DNA of 64,000 nt from Alphaproteobacteria bacterium. Its GTDB lineage: Bacteria; Pseudomonadota; Alphaproteobacteria; MPNO01; UBA830. A program made the translations under genes and the position numbers. Below the pieces are notes generated by a model. It searched no databases, was not told the DNA's origin, and saw nothing but the letters and a program-made list of their open reading frames with translations. The stretch covers positions 2,880,001 to 2,944,000 of the forward strand of contig OZ219791.1 in assembly GCA_964291215.2 (NCBI GenBank), in the 5' to 3' direction. This document shows positions 31,258-41,546 of this stretch, piece by piece (the stretch's first letter is position 1; every line of letters starts with the position of its first letter).

Positions 31258-32196
31258 GTGACTTCCGCGGCGGACAAGAGCCCGCCGCCGGCGCGGAGGG
31301 GCCGGGAGCTTCCGGCCCCTCCCGCGCGATGGCGGCACTGTCTCGGCGAGAACGGCATCCAGAGATGGGTGTTCTATATCCCTGTCGTTTTCTTCGTCCT
31401 GTTCTTTGCGGCGCCGATGGCGCTCACTGTCGTGTGGAGCGTCTTCGAGCGCACGCAGTTCTGGATGGAGCCGGGGTTTACCCTGTTCGCATATGATAAT
31501 TTCTTCACATCCGCGCGGGCCGAAAACTACCTCTATTCCATGCTGCATGCGGCGGCGGCGGTCCTGATCTCGTTCATCATCGGCTTTCCCATCTCCGTAT
31601 TCATACGCCGGCGGGTGACCAGGGCGGCGCAGCACCGGGTCATTCTGCTGTTCATTCTGCCGTTCATGATTTCGGAGCTGGTGCGGGTTTTCGCCATGCG
31701 CCCGGTCTTGGGGCGCCACGGCGTCGTCAACTCCGTCCTGATGGATTTGGGCATCCTGTCGGAGCCGATCACCGCCATCCTCTATTCGCCGCTCGGCGTC
31801 ATCATCGGCGATGTCATGTCGTTCCTGCCCTTCATGATCTTCGCGGGCTTTCTGGCGCTGGAGGCGGTGCAGAGCTACATCTTCGAGGTTTGCGACGACC
31901 TTGGCGCCGGGCGGGTGCGCCTCTTCGCCGACATCATCCTGCCTCTAGCCGCGCCCGGCATTTTCGCCGGCAGCGTGTTCATCTTCGTCAATTCGATGGG
32001 CGTCGCCCTGGTTCCGACACTGCTTGGCGGACCGGGCGCCGTCAATGCGGGGCTGATCGCCAATCAGGCCATCGTTGCCCTCGATTTCCCGCTGGCCATG
32101 GCGATCAGCACGATCATGATCTTTACCCTCGTGTTGCTGCTCTATATTGGCCACCGGCTGGTCGACCTGACCAAGATCCTCGAACCGATCAGCTGA
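31258..32196 (+). CDS. ABC permease (PotB-like)
   Basis: LPFMISELVR, GVVNSVL..LG, LPFMI, DLGA..LFADIILPL..PG. Confidence 0.9.
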   Translation: MTSAADKSPPPARRGRELPAPPARWRHCLGENGIQRWVFYIPVVFFVLFFAAPMALTVVWSVFERTQFWMEPGFTLFAYDNFFTSARAENYLYSMLHAAAAVLISFIIGFPISVFIRRRVTRAAQHRVILLFILPFMISELVRVFAMRPVLGRHGVVNSVLMDLGILSEPITAILYSPLGVIIGDVMSFLPFMIFAGFLALEAVQSYIFEVCDDLGAGRVRLFADIILPLAAPGIFAGSVFIFVNSMGVALVPTLLGGPGAVNAGLIANQAIVALDFPLAMAISTIMIFTLVLLLYIGHRLVDLTKILEPIS

Positions 32197-32203
32197 GCCG
32201 GCC

Positions 32204-33094
32204 ATGTATGACGACTTCGCCAACCCCTGGAACATCCGGCTCAAATGGGCCTATCTGGTGGCCGTCGTGTTCGCCCTGCTGATGCCGATCTTCTACACGA
32301 TCGGCATCTCCTTCAATCAGCATGGTTTCGGTGCCCGGATCTACGCATTCACCTTCGACTGGTACCGCGTCGTTCTCGGCGATACACTGCTGGTCGCATC
32401 ACTCAAATGGACCCTGTACTTGGCCTTGGCGACGATAGCGGCGACCATTCCGATGGCGCTCCTGTCAGCCAAATTCTACAAGCGGACCCGCCGCAAGGTA
32501 GCCTTCATCGCGCTTATGCTCTCGCCGCTCTTCGTGCCGGCCGACATCATGGGCTCGAGCCTGCTGGTGTTCTTCAAGAACCTCGCAAAGGGGTTCGCCT
32601 GGCTCGGCAGCACGCTGGGCGTCGGCTGGTTCGAGGGCTGGTTCGACCTCGGTTTCCTCACGGCGGTTATCGGCCAGGTCATTTACACCCATCCCTATGC
32701 GTTCATCGTCATCCTGATAACGATGTCGCGCTACCGCGTGCAGCAGACCGAGGCCGCCCGGGCCTGTGGCGCCACCGCCTGGCAGGCGTTCTGGCATGTC
32801 GAGTTTCCGCAGATCCGCGTCGGCGTCTTCGGTTCCTGCGCGTTCGTTACGATCCTCTCGTTCAACGAGGCCGTTCGCACGGCGCTGCTGAAGGGCGGGT
32901 TTGACACCTTCTCCAACATGCTGGTCGCCCAGATGCTCAATATCGGCATGTCAGGCGAGTCCTATGCCATGGCCGGGATCATGAGCATCGTGTCGATGCT
33001 GGTGATCGGAACAGTGATCGTTTATACTCTGGTGCGCGCCGAACGGCTGGAGCGCAGGGCGCGCGCCATGGCCGCGCCGGTGATGTCCAGTTGA
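32204..33094 (+). CDS. ABC permease (PotC-like)
   Basis: SFN, FTFDWY, EAARACGA..WQAF..V.FP, LSFNE. Confidence 0.9.
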   Translation: MYDDFANPWNIRLKWAYLVAVVFALLMPIFYTIGISFNQHGFGARIYAFTFDWYRVVLGDTLLVASLKWTLYLALATIAATIPMALLSAKFYKRTRRKVAFIALMLSPLFVPADIMGSSLLVFFKNLAKGFAWLGSTLGVGWFEGWFDLGFLTAVIGQVIYTHPYAFIVILITMSRYRVQQTEAARACGATAWQAFWHVEFPQIRVGVFGSCAFVTILSFNEAVRTALLKGGFDTFSNMLVAQMLNIGMSGESYAMAGIMSIVSMLVIGTVIVYTLVRAERLERRARAMAAPVMSS

Positions 33095-33101
33095 CCGACA
33101 A

Positions 33102-34226
33102 ATGAAGCCAGCGATGCAGGAGGCCATGACCGAGTCCGCCGACCTTGCTGTGGAAGTTGTCGGGCTGGGCAAGAATTACGGTGCCGTCGCGGCGCTGAAA
33201 TCGGTTAGCTTCTCCATCGAAAGCGGCAAATATTATGCGCTTCTGGGACCGAGCGGCGGCGGAAAGACGACGCTGCTGCGCCTGATTGCCGGCTTCCTGC
33301 GGCCGAGCGCCGGGCGCGTGTATCTGCACGGATCCGACGCTAGCCACCTGCCGCCCAACCGGCGGCCGACCTCCATGGTGTTCCAGAACTACGCGCTGTT
33401 CCCGCACATGACAGTCGAACGCAATGTCGCCTACGGGCTGAAGCTGCTCAGGGTTCCGGCCAGCGGCATTCGCGACAGGGTGGACCGGATGCTCGCCATG
33501 GTCGGGCTCGAAGGCTACAACAGGCGCATGCCGCACGAGCTTTCCGGCGGCCAGCAGCAGCGCGTTCAGCTTGCCCGTTCCCTAGTGCTGGAGCGAGACA
33601 TCCTGCTGCTCGACGAGCCCCTTGCCTCGCTCGACGCCAAGCTGCGCAAGGACATGTGCCTGGAGCTGAAGCGCATTCAGGAGAAGGTCGGCATCACCTT
33701 CATCCATGTCACCCACAATCAGGAAGAAGCGCTCACCGTGGCCGACCGGATCGCCATCATCGCCGACGGCGAACTGATAGAGGAGGGAACGGCGCGGGAC
33801 GTTTACGAGACCCCGGACAAGCGCTTCACCGCCGAGTTCATCGGCGACAACAATGTGCTGGAAGGCACCGTTGCGGATATCTCCGACGCCCGGGTCGCGC
33901 TCGACATCGGCTTTGCGAAGGTCGAGGTCCCCGCGCCGGCCGCCGTCGTCCCGACCGGAGGGCGCGCCGCCTTCTCGATCCGCTCCGAACTGTTGCACAT
34001 CGGCGGTCGCCGCGAGGACATGGGCGCTTCCTCGCAGGTCGTGCCCGCCGAATATGTCGAAGAGGTCTATCTGGGCCTCACCGTCTCGCATCTGGTCCGG
34101 CTGCCCGACGGCACGGAAGCCGTCGCGCGCGCGATGTCGGGCGACAGCGGCGGGGCCCGCTTCGAACCGGGACAGGAGGTTGCCGTCAGCTGGTCCACCG
34201 ACCGCGCCCGCCTGCACCTCGCCTGA
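33102..34226 (+). CDS. ABC ATP-binding protein (PotA-like, TOBE domain)
   Basis: GPSGGGKTT, VFQNYALFPHM, LSGGQQQR, LLLDEP, VTHNQEEA; exact start uncertain. Confidence 0.92.
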   Translation: MKPAMQEAMTESADLAVEVVGLGKNYGAVAALKSVSFSIESGKYYALLGPSGGGKTTLLRLIAGFLRPSAGRVYLHGSDASHLPPNRRPTSMVFQNYALFPHMTVERNVAYGLKLLRVPASGIRDRVDRMLAMVGLEGYNRRMPHELSGGQQQRVQLARSLVLERDILLLDEPLASLDAKLRKDMCLELKRIQEKVGITFIHVTHNQEEALTVADRIAIIADGELIEEGTARDVYETPDKRFTAEFIGDNNVLEGTVADISDARVALDIGFAKVEVPAPAAVVPTGGRAAFSIRSELLHIGGRREDMGASSQVVPAEYVEEVYLGLTVSHLVRLPDGTEAVARAMSGDSGGARFEPGQEVAVSWSTDRARLHLA

Positions 34227-34234
34227 CGAGGCGG

Positions 34235-34480
34235 CTTGCTCGAAGCCTGTTCGCCGGGGTCTCCGGTGAAGCCGTAGTCCGCCCTTGCGCCCTTCCTGTT
34301 GACATAGCCGTCCTTCAGGCCCTCCGCGATGTGCGCCGGGTCGCGGCCGGGGTCGCCATAGCCGCCTCCGCCGGCGGGCCGGAGATGCAGCGGCGTGTCG
34401 GGACCGAGGTCGATATAGGGCGTCTTGGTGGGCAGCATCAGTTCCCGGCCGAAGCCGGGGTCGAGCACATAGCGTGCGGC
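34235..34480 (-). pseudogene. Hydantoinase B/oxoprolinase C-terminal fragment
   Basis: LPTK..AGGGGYGDP.RDP..IAE....GYV...AR.DYG; N-terminus absent. Confidence 0.7.
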
Positions 34481-34544
34481 CGCGTCTCGTGCCGGTCGAC
34501 GCACCGTCCGGGCCGTCGACTGTCCGCAGGTCGAGCCCATGGTG

Positions 34545-34693
34545 CATATCGCGCCCGCATCGAGCAGGCCGTCGGCAAGCTCAAGCGTTTCAAACGTATC
34601 GTCCTGCGCTGCGAAAAGACTGCCACAAACTTCAGCTCTTCCCCCATCCTCACCGCGGCCTTTATCTTGATAAAGTCCGTCCACAGGACCTGG
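34545..34693 (+). mobile_element. IS5-family transposase C-terminal remnant and right end
   Basis: YRARIEQAVGKLKRFKRI.LRCEKTA.NF..IKSVHRT. Confidence 0.75.
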
Positions 34694-34957
34694 TTGATCA
34701 ACGACGAAAGCGCACGTCCCGGGACTCTTCCATGTCGGTGTCCTCGTTCTTATCCGGGGGCTCCATTCCGCTAAGCACGGGCAGGGTCTTGCCGTAGCTC
34801 CTAGCCCGACGACCTTTTCCACGGTCTCCTGTCGAGGGTGAGAGTTTCGTATGGCACAGTTGCAGGCTCAGTACCATTTGTTCATCTCATGCGGCCAGTG
34901 CCGGGGTGTGGTTTGGGCTGATGTTGTCGTTGGCTGGTGCGTCGTCTGCACCGATCA

Positions 34958-35235
34958 TGGCCGTCCACACGCTCTCGAAGCGGCCGGCTTCGAGCAGGGC
35001 GCGGAAGGTGATTGTCCGCCGACGATGCGCCGGCGCATGCCGGAGCGTTTTATGCGCTGTGTGACGAGGGTCGCCGCCTCGACAATTCCCGAGCCGGTTG
35101 CTTCAGCGCGTGGTAGCGCATTCGGTGGCGATGCTTGCGGAAGAAGGACAGTTCCCTGTCGGCCCGTTGGCGCCGCGGTGTCGCGAAGGTGGCGCAGCGC
35201 CCGGACCACCCTGTCGATGCCGCGGGGGTCGTGAC
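34958..35235 (-). pseudogene. ISKra4/ISLre2-like transposase C-terminal remnant
   Basis: ELSFFRKHRHRMRY, GSGIVEAA.LVTQRIKRSGMR..GGQ..RAL. Confidence 0.65.
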
Positions 35236-35319
35236 AAAATCCTGTCCTGAAACGGGCGATTGTCACGGAAACCCGTTTTCGCCGCTGCCTAGCAACCACA
35301 CAATCGTGTTAAATCAATG

Positions 35320-35815
35320 ATTTGGATTCGCCATACGAGAACTGCACCTCCTGTCGATGCCGCCCGTTGAACCAGTCTCGAAACCAACGTTGACCCTTTG
35401 TGTGCCGATGTCGGGCGATGTTCTCGCTTTCGGTGTTGGACTCCGCGGTCGCACTGGAGGAAGGCAATGACGTGCCCTTTCGAATTCAGTCGAGATTCGA
35501 GAAGTCCATCAGAGGATCCGAGATGAACGCATAATCGATGGTGCTGCCGCTGCTTCGGATGACCGCCACGGGATCACGGCTGGTTTGTGCGTACCGGACG
35601 GCCGTGGCCTCAAGAGACGTTTCGCATGTCGGCTGGAGTGTCTTGATCGCCTGGGGACCAGCGCCGGCGCGACTTGCGGCGGCGGCGAATAGCTTGGCGG
35701 GCATGAGCAATGCCGAGGCGAACTGGTCCGCCTCCTGCTTGTCGCGATCGGTGCTGCGAAACCCGGCTTCGGAGGAGTGCTGGCCCCCGTCGCCCAATCC
35801 GAAAAGCCGGGATTC
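35320..35815 (-). pseudogene. ImmA/IrrE-family metallopeptidase, C-terminal half
   Basis: HSSEAGF..QEADQFASALLMP, CETSLEATAVRY; TGA at 35486-35488 interrupts LD*IRKGT; HEXXH half missing. Confidence 0.7.
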
Positions 35816-35820
35816 TCTCG

Positions 35821-35860
35821 CACAGCGAACTCGCAGGAGGCACAGCGAACTCGCAGGAGG
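35821..35860. repeat. Perfect tandem duplication of CACAGCGAACTCGCAGGAGG (2 x 20 bp)
   Basis: Read directly; at the truncation point of the IrrE-like pseudogene. Confidence 0.9.
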
Positions 35861-36161
35861 AACCGAAGGCGCCAGGCCTTTCGTCCGGATTTTCGTGCTC
35901 TGATCGACCGCGGACGCCAACCCGAACCGGGCAGGAAATGGCTTCGGATCTGGGCCGCGCGACAACGCGTTGCCCGATGTGCTACCGTGGCCAGGCGTGA
36001 TACGGCAACGGGTGCAGGCGTGGCGCGACGCCTCTGTGGCGCAAACGGGCGGGATTCCGGACGAGGTTCGGAGCGCCCGATGAGGTTCGGCGTATTGTTC
36101 GAGCCTGATTGCGGTTGCTTCCAGACTGCTGATCCGAGGTCATGAACCAAGGAGGAGTGTT

Positions 36162-37817
36162 ATGTCGATGCACAGGAATCTTGTCGCGCAGAGCGGCATT
36201 TTCAAGGGACTGCACGGCGGTATGGGGCTGGCGGCGAAGGCAATGGTGCTTGTTTTCGTCGTGTTTACCGCGCTCAACGTGAAATTCGCCAACAGCATTT
36301 ACGCCGCCATACGCGGGTGGATCGAGTCGGCACTCAACTGGTACTACATATCGGCACTGGTAATTCTTCTGTTCGTGTGCATTTATTTGATGATGAGCAA
36401 GTTCGGGCGCCTCAGGCTCGGGGACGACGACAGCAGGCCCGAGTTTTCCAATTTTTCGTGGTTCGCAATGCTCTTCTCGGCCGGTGTCGGAATCGGCATT
36501 CTGTTCTTTGGCATTGCCGAGCCGATCTTCTACTTCGATAACTCACAGCCGTGGAAATATCCGAACAATCCGTTCGCCGATGTCGCCGGGCTAACTGCGA
36601 TGAACGAGCAGCGCGCCGTGGCGGCGATGAGGGTGACCTATTTTCACTGGGGGTTCCACGCTTGGGCGGTCTATGTGATTGTCGGGCTGTGCCTTGCCTA
36701 TTTCGGATTTCGCAAAAAACTGCCGCTGACCCTGCGTTCTGCCCTCTATCCGGTCATTGGCGACAGGATTTACGGTCCGATCGGCCATGCTGTCGATCTG
36801 CTGGCAGTGTTCGGGACCGTGTTCGGCGTTGCGACGTCCCTCGGCCTTGGGGCTTCCCAGATGGCAGCGGGACTCAATCACCTGTTCGGACTCGATCCGG
36901 GCATCGTGACCCAGGTCGTTCTGATCGGGCTCATTTCCGTGGTGGCGACGTTGTCGGCCGTCTCGGGTGTCGGCAACGGCATACGGATCATCTCCGAATG
37001 GAATATCTGGCTCAGCATCGTGCTTCTCGCCTTCTTCCTGTTCGGCGGTCCGTTCAAGTGGCTCATGGGTTTCTTCGTGACAACTGCCGGAGACTATCTC
37101 TGGAACGCGATTCCAATGGGCTTCCAGACCTTCAACAGTGAAGGCGCAGCCGCATGGCAGAGCGGCTGGACCATCTTCTACTGGGGTTGGTGGATCTCCT
37201 GGGCCCCGTTCGTCGGCATGTTCATCGCCCGCATCAGCCGCGGTCGCACGATCCGCGAATTCCTTGTGGGCGTGATGTTCGTGCCAACCTCGCTGGCGTT
37301 CTTCTGGCTGTGCATCTTCGGAGGCACTGCCATGTACATGGAGCTCAACGCCACAGGCGGCGTCGGCACCGCGGGAATCGTCGAGATGGTCCGCAACTGG
37401 AACCTGTCTTCGGCGCTCTACGGCACGATCAGCCAGGTAACCGGGTTGGGGTGGCTCAACTGGATCATGGCGGCGCTCGCCACGTTCCTGCTTGCGACAT
37501 GGTTTATCACCTCGTCCGATTCCGGAACGCTGGTGATCACGACGATGCTCAGCATGGGCGACGACAATCCGCCGCAACGATTCCGCATTGTCTGGGGGCT
37601 GGGTGAAGGCTTCGTGGCTGCCGTCCTGCTGCTCGCCGGCGGCCTGGCGGCGCTGCAGACGGCTTCGATCGCCGCTGCCTTGCCGGTCAGTTTCATCCTG
37701 CTGTTGATGGCCTACGGCATCGTCAAGTCACTGCACGAGGATCCGAGCGCGGTGCCGGCACCTGACGTGGAAATGGCGCCAGACGGCACCAGGATCGCGC
37801 AGGAGCTCCGCGCCTGA
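36162..37817 (+). CDS. BCCT family (betaine/choline/carnitine) transporter
   Basis: RBS aggagg; SWFAMLFSAGVGIG, FHWGFHAW, WTIFYWGWWISWAPFVGMFIARISRGRTIRE, TSSDSG. Confidence 0.95.
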   Translation: MSMHRNLVAQSGIFKGLHGGMGLAAKAMVLVFVVFTALNVKFANSIYAAIRGWIESALNWYYISALVILLFVCIYLMMSKFGRLRLGDDDSRPEFSNFSWFAMLFSAGVGIGILFFGIAEPIFYFDNSQPWKYPNNPFADVAGLTAMNEQRAVAAMRVTYFHWGFHAWAVYVIVGLCLAYFGFRKKLPLTLRSALYPVIGDRIYGPIGHAVDLLAVFGTVFGVATSLGLGASQMAAGLNHLFGLDPGIVTQVVLIGLISVVATLSAVSGVGNGIRIISEWNIWLSIVLLAFFLFGGPFKWLMGFFVTTAGDYLWNAIPMGFQTFNSEGAAAWQSGWTIFYWGWWISWAPFVGMFIARISRGRTIREFLVGVMFVPTSLAFFWLCIFGGTAMYMELNATGGVGTAGIVEMVRNWNLSSALYGTISQVTGLGWLNWIMAALATFLLATWFITSSDSGTLVITTMLSMGDDNPPQRFRIVWGLGEGFVAAVLLLAGGLAALQTASIAAALPVSFILLLMAYGIVKSLHEDPSAVPAPDVEMAPDGTRIAQELRA

Positions 37818-37850
37818 CGTGGAGCGTACGGGGGGAACGGCGGAGCGGCC

Positions 37851-38252
37851 TCAACTCTTGCGGAGCCGCTCCGCCACCTTCCCGCCGGCCTGCTTCCAGG
37901 CCGAGAAACCGCCCGCGAGATGGGCCACCGGTTCGAGGCCCATGTCCTGAAGGGTTTTCGTGGCAAGCGCCGAGCGCCAGCCCGATGCGCAGTAGAACAC
38001 GAACTTGTGCCCGCTGGCGAACACATCCTTGTGATAGGGGCTCTCGGGATCGACCCAGAATTCCAGCATGCCGCGGGGGGCATGGAGGGCGCCCGGGATC
38101 ATGCCTTCGCGTTCGAGTTCGCGCACGTCGCGAATGTCGACGAACTGGACCTCCGTGTCGTGCAGCAAGTCGCGTGCGGCGTCGACATCGATGCTCTCGA
38201 CCTGTGAATCCGCGTCGGCGACCATCTGCTGCGCCGTTGTCCTGAGGGCCAT
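37851..38252 (-). CDS. Single-domain rhodanese
   Basis: VDIRD.RE, G.IPGA.H.PRG.LEF, FYCASGWRSA, HLAGGFSAW. Confidence 0.92.
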   Translation of the reverse strand: MALRTTAQQMVADADSQVESIDVDAARDLLHDTEVQFVDIRDVRELEREGMIPGALHAPRGMLEFWVDPESPYHKDVFASGHKFVFYCASGWRSALATKTLQDMGLEPVAHLAGGFSAWKQAGGKVAERLRKS

Positions 38253-38370
38253 AGCCATTTCTCCCGGGAATCGTGATGTCTGATGATAACGGATCGAGGA
38301 GTGGCGGGCATGTCCCCGAGAACTGAACCGGCGATCGCGACGAATCGTGCCGGCATTCGTCCTCGCGTTC

Positions 38371-40056
38371 TCAGCGCGCGACAATCGCGATGTCGCCGGC
38401 CTCGTTGAAGGGGTCGAATTTTGAGAGAAAGGTGGAGACGGATCCGGGGTTGCCATCGAGGCTGATGCTGCCGCTTTCAAGTGCGTCCTCCAGCGTCGTC
38501 CGTCCAAACACCCACGCCAGCAGGAAGTCGCGATCGAAGCGGAGGGTTGCGTCGCACGCATCCGGCATCGTTTCGTGAAACTGACAGACATCGTGGCGGA
38601 GCTCAAGCGCGCATGCCTCTCCCGTGTCGGTCGTCTCGAACCCGACGCACAGCCGCGTGTCGTCGCAGTCTTCTGCCTTCAGGCGCACGGTCAGCACGCG
38701 AATGATCGCCGCCAGTGGAAAACCGCTCACCTGGTCCGGTGAGCCAAGCACCATGCCGCCGCCCGCCATGTCCAGACCGCCCTCGAGTTCGAGTGCGGCC
38801 GTCAGGCCCCAGTTCCTCCAGGTCGCGTTTTTCTGCCGGTAGCCCCACGCCCGGAGCGCTTCGGCCTTGACCGACCGCGCGTCCGCGTCACCGGGATCCG
38901 AGCGGACCAGCCATGTCGCTATTTCCGCGGCCCATTGATGGTCGCCGCTGGCATGCGCCTCGCGGGCCTTGGCGAGGATCCGCTCGCGCCCGCCCATCAG
39001 ATCGATGTAGCGCGTGGCCCGCTCGGCGCGGGGAGCGGTGTCGAGCATCACCGGATCGCCCTTGTACCAGCCGAGATAACCCGCATAGATTGCCGGGATG
39101 GAGTGCCGATAGGAGCCGTAATACTCTCCGAGCCATGGGTGACTGCGGAAGCGTTCGGGCATGACGACGGCCTCCGCGATCTCATCGGGCGTCCAGCCCT
39201 TGTTCATGTAGCGAAGGGTCTGGTCATGGACATACTGGACCGCGTCCCGGTATTCGGTGAGGAGGGCGGCGATCCGCTCGCGGCCTTCGACCGGCCGGCC
39301 ATGGTGCGGGACCAGGATCTCGGCGTCGAACTCACGCAGCCGGTCGAGGCCATCCGCCCAGATCGTCGGATTGCGGAAACGCGTGCCGCGCAGCGCATAA
39401 AGGTTGGGGAACGATTCGTATACCGCGTCGGCCGACAGCAGGGCGCGCTGTTCGGGCAGCCAGACCGCGCACTGGTCCTCGGTCTCGGACGGTATGAGAT
39501 GAATCTCGAACCTGATGCCGCCGGTCTCGCCGCTGTAACTGTCGCGGAAGGTCGTCGTGGGCGCAACGAATGACCGCTTTCCGGGGCGCTGCGGCGGGCC
39601 GAGGCCGGCGCCGACGGTGCCGGCCTCGCCGATCGGAAGCCGCATTCCGAACTGGTACATCGCTCGGCGCCCCAGCACCGGCGCGATGAGCCCGACATCC
39701 CGCATCACGTTGTCTACGAGTTCCTCCTGCGCGATTACCTCGACCGCGCCCGCTGCAACATCGTCCTTGTCGACAAACGCGTCGGCGCCGCTGACGTGAT
39801 CGGCATGGAAATGGGTGTAGATGACCGTCTCGATCGGCTTCGGTGTGATCTTCCGGAATTCCTCCGCCGCCACCTTGGCGGTATCCAGGCTGGTCATCGT
39901 GTCGACCAGGATGCAGCTGTCATCGCCTTCGATCAGGGTGCAGTTGACGATCGAATAGCCGAAGGCGCAGTGAATTCCCTTGCCCAGGGTGAAGATCCGG
40001 GGCGACATGGACCCCTGGTGTCGGGCGAGATCTGGATGAACGCTGGGATCAGACAT
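38371..40056 (-). CDS. Alkyl/aryl sulfatase (SdsA-like MBL fold with dimerisation and SCP2 domains)
   Basis: IYTHFHADH, SETED, PNLYALRG..RN, VPHHG.P, HDQTLR.MN.G, EYYG. Confidence 0.92.
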   Translation of the reverse strand: MSDPSVHPDLARHQGSMSPRIFTLGKGIHCAFGYSIVNCTLIEGDDSCILVDTMTSLDTAKVAAEEFRKITPKPIETVIYTHFHADHVSGADAFVDKDDVAAGAVEVIAQEELVDNVMRDVGLIAPVLGRRAMYQFGMRLPIGEAGTVGAGLGPPQRPGKRSFVAPTTTFRDSYSGETGGIRFEIHLIPSETEDQCAVWLPEQRALLSADAVYESFPNLYALRGTRFRNPTIWADGLDRLREFDAEILVPHHGRPVEGRERIAALLTEYRDAVQYVHDQTLRYMNKGWTPDEIAEAVVMPERFRSHPWLGEYYGSYRHSIPAIYAGYLGWYKGDPVMLDTAPRAERATRYIDLMGGRERILAKAREAHASGDHQWAAEIATWLVRSDPGDADARSVKAEALRAWGYRQKNATWRNWGLTAALELEGGLDMAGGGMVLGSPDQVSGFPLAAIIRVLTVRLKAEDCDDTRLCVGFETTDTGEACALELRHDVCQFHETMPDACDATLRFDRDFLLAWVFGRTTLEDALESGSISLDGNPGSVSTFLSKFDPFNEAGDIAIVAR

Positions 40057-40081
40057 CAAATGCTCCTCATGGCTTGGCCGG

Positions 40082-41446
40082 TTACAGTCCGAAATGGTCT
40101 TCGGCAATCCAGCGGGCAACTGCAAGAAGCCGCTCGTCGCCATCGAACTGGCCGAGAATCTGCACGCCGACGGGAACATTCTCGACCGTGAGCACCGGCA
40201 GCGAGATTGCCGGCGCTCCGAGAACCGACGAACCCTCGTTGAACACGGCGCTGCCTTGGTCCATTCCGATCGGCCCCGGACCGGGGGACGAAAGTGTAAT
40301 GAAGGCATCGGCCCGCTGGGCCAGCTGGCGGTGGAGATCGCGGAAACGGACCCGCCGGTTCAGCGCCTCGCGGTATTCCGCCTGGCTCAGCCCCTCCGCT
40401 TCCCTGAGGCCCATCAGCAGGCGTGGCGGGATATGGTCGGGAAAACGCTCGCGATACTGCCGGAGTGGCCACTGGAACTCGAAGCGGTAGAGCGATCGCC
40501 ACAGCTCGGGCACGCCCGCGAACACCTCCTCGCAGGATTCGATCGCCGGGTCGTCGCCGCGCCCGAATATCTCGATGCCCGCCGCTTCGAGTGCGGCTAG
40601 GAATGCCTCGAAGGCGTCGCGGGTGGCCTTGTCGGTCTGCGCCCATCCCGCGGTCTCGAGCCGGATCAGTCGCATCGGACGAATGGCTGCCGGCGGCGCG
40701 CTGCCGCCGAACAGTCCTGGATGCCCTGGATCGCCGCCGGCAAGCCGTGCCATGTGACGTGCGGTGATCCAGACATCGGACAGCGAGCCGCCGAAGACGC
40801 CGATGTGATCCATGCTGTCGGCGGCCGAGAACACGCCTTGGCGGTTTATGGCGCCGTAGGTGCCCTTGAGCGCGAACGCGCCGCAGAAACTTGCCGGACG
40901 GATGGTTGATCCGCGGGCATGGGTCCCGAGCGCGACGGGCACGGTTCCGGCGCCGACGGCCGCCGCGGTGCCCGAAGATGAACCGCCCGGTGTGCGCCTG
41001 GTGTCGTGGGGGTTGCGCGTCCGCGCGGGGTCACCGCCGCCGAAGGTAACGGTGACCGTTTTGCCGATGATCACCGCGCCGCCGCGGCGCAGCGCGTCCA
41101 CGGTGGCGGCGTCGCGTAGCGGCTGGTGGCCGCTAAAGAGGGTGCTGCCGAATTCGGTCGGCATGTCGAACGTCTCGATCAGGTCCTTGACGCCGACTGG
41201 CATTCCGTCGACGGGCGAGAGCGTCCGCCCCTTGCGATAGCGTCTCGTCGCCGCGTCGGCGGCTTTGCGCGCGCCGTCATGATCGATGACCTCCCAGGCC
41301 ATGACCTCGTCCTCGATCGCGGCGATCTTCTCCAGGCAGCGCTCGAGATAGTCGCGCGGCGTGTCGGCGCCGTCGCGGAACCTCGGCAATGAGTCATGGA
41401 ACGCCATCAGGGCATGGGTGTCGGGCGCGTAACCGGGTTCGGTCAT
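40082..41446 (-). CDS. Amidase signature family protein
   Basis: GMPVGVKD, GKTVT, TRNP..TPGGSSSG, GS.IRPASFCG. Confidence 0.9.
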   Translation of the reverse strand: MTEPGYAPDTHALMAFHDSLPRFRDGADTPRDYLERCLEKIAAIEDEVMAWEVIDHDGARKAADAATRRYRKGRTLSPVDGMPVGVKDLIETFDMPTEFGSTLFSGHQPLRDAATVDALRRGGAVIIGKTVTVTFGGGDPARTRNPHDTRRTPGGSSSGTAAAVGAGTVPVALGTHARGSTIRPASFCGAFALKGTYGAINRQGVFSAADSMDHIGVFGGSLSDVWITARHMARLAGGDPGHPGLFGGSAPPAAIRPMRLIRLETAGWAQTDKATRDAFEAFLAALEAAGIEIFGRGDDPAIESCEEVFAGVPELWRSLYRFEFQWPLRQYRERFPDHIPPRLLMGLREAEGLSQAEYREALNRRVRFRDLHRQLAQRADAFITLSSPGPGPIGMDQGSAVFNEGSSVLGAPAISLPVLTVENVPVGVQILGQFDGDERLLAVARWIAEDHFGL

Positions 41447-41546
41447 TGACCGCCTCGCATTGTGGCCTTTGTATTGCCGGGGCATTATACAGCGGCAGCC
41501 GACGTTGTGGCGCGGCGCACCTATAGCTATCACACGGAGCACAGGA

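Noticed and set aside
35821-35860. Mini CRISPR array
   Set aside because: Two abutting copies with no spacer and no cas genes
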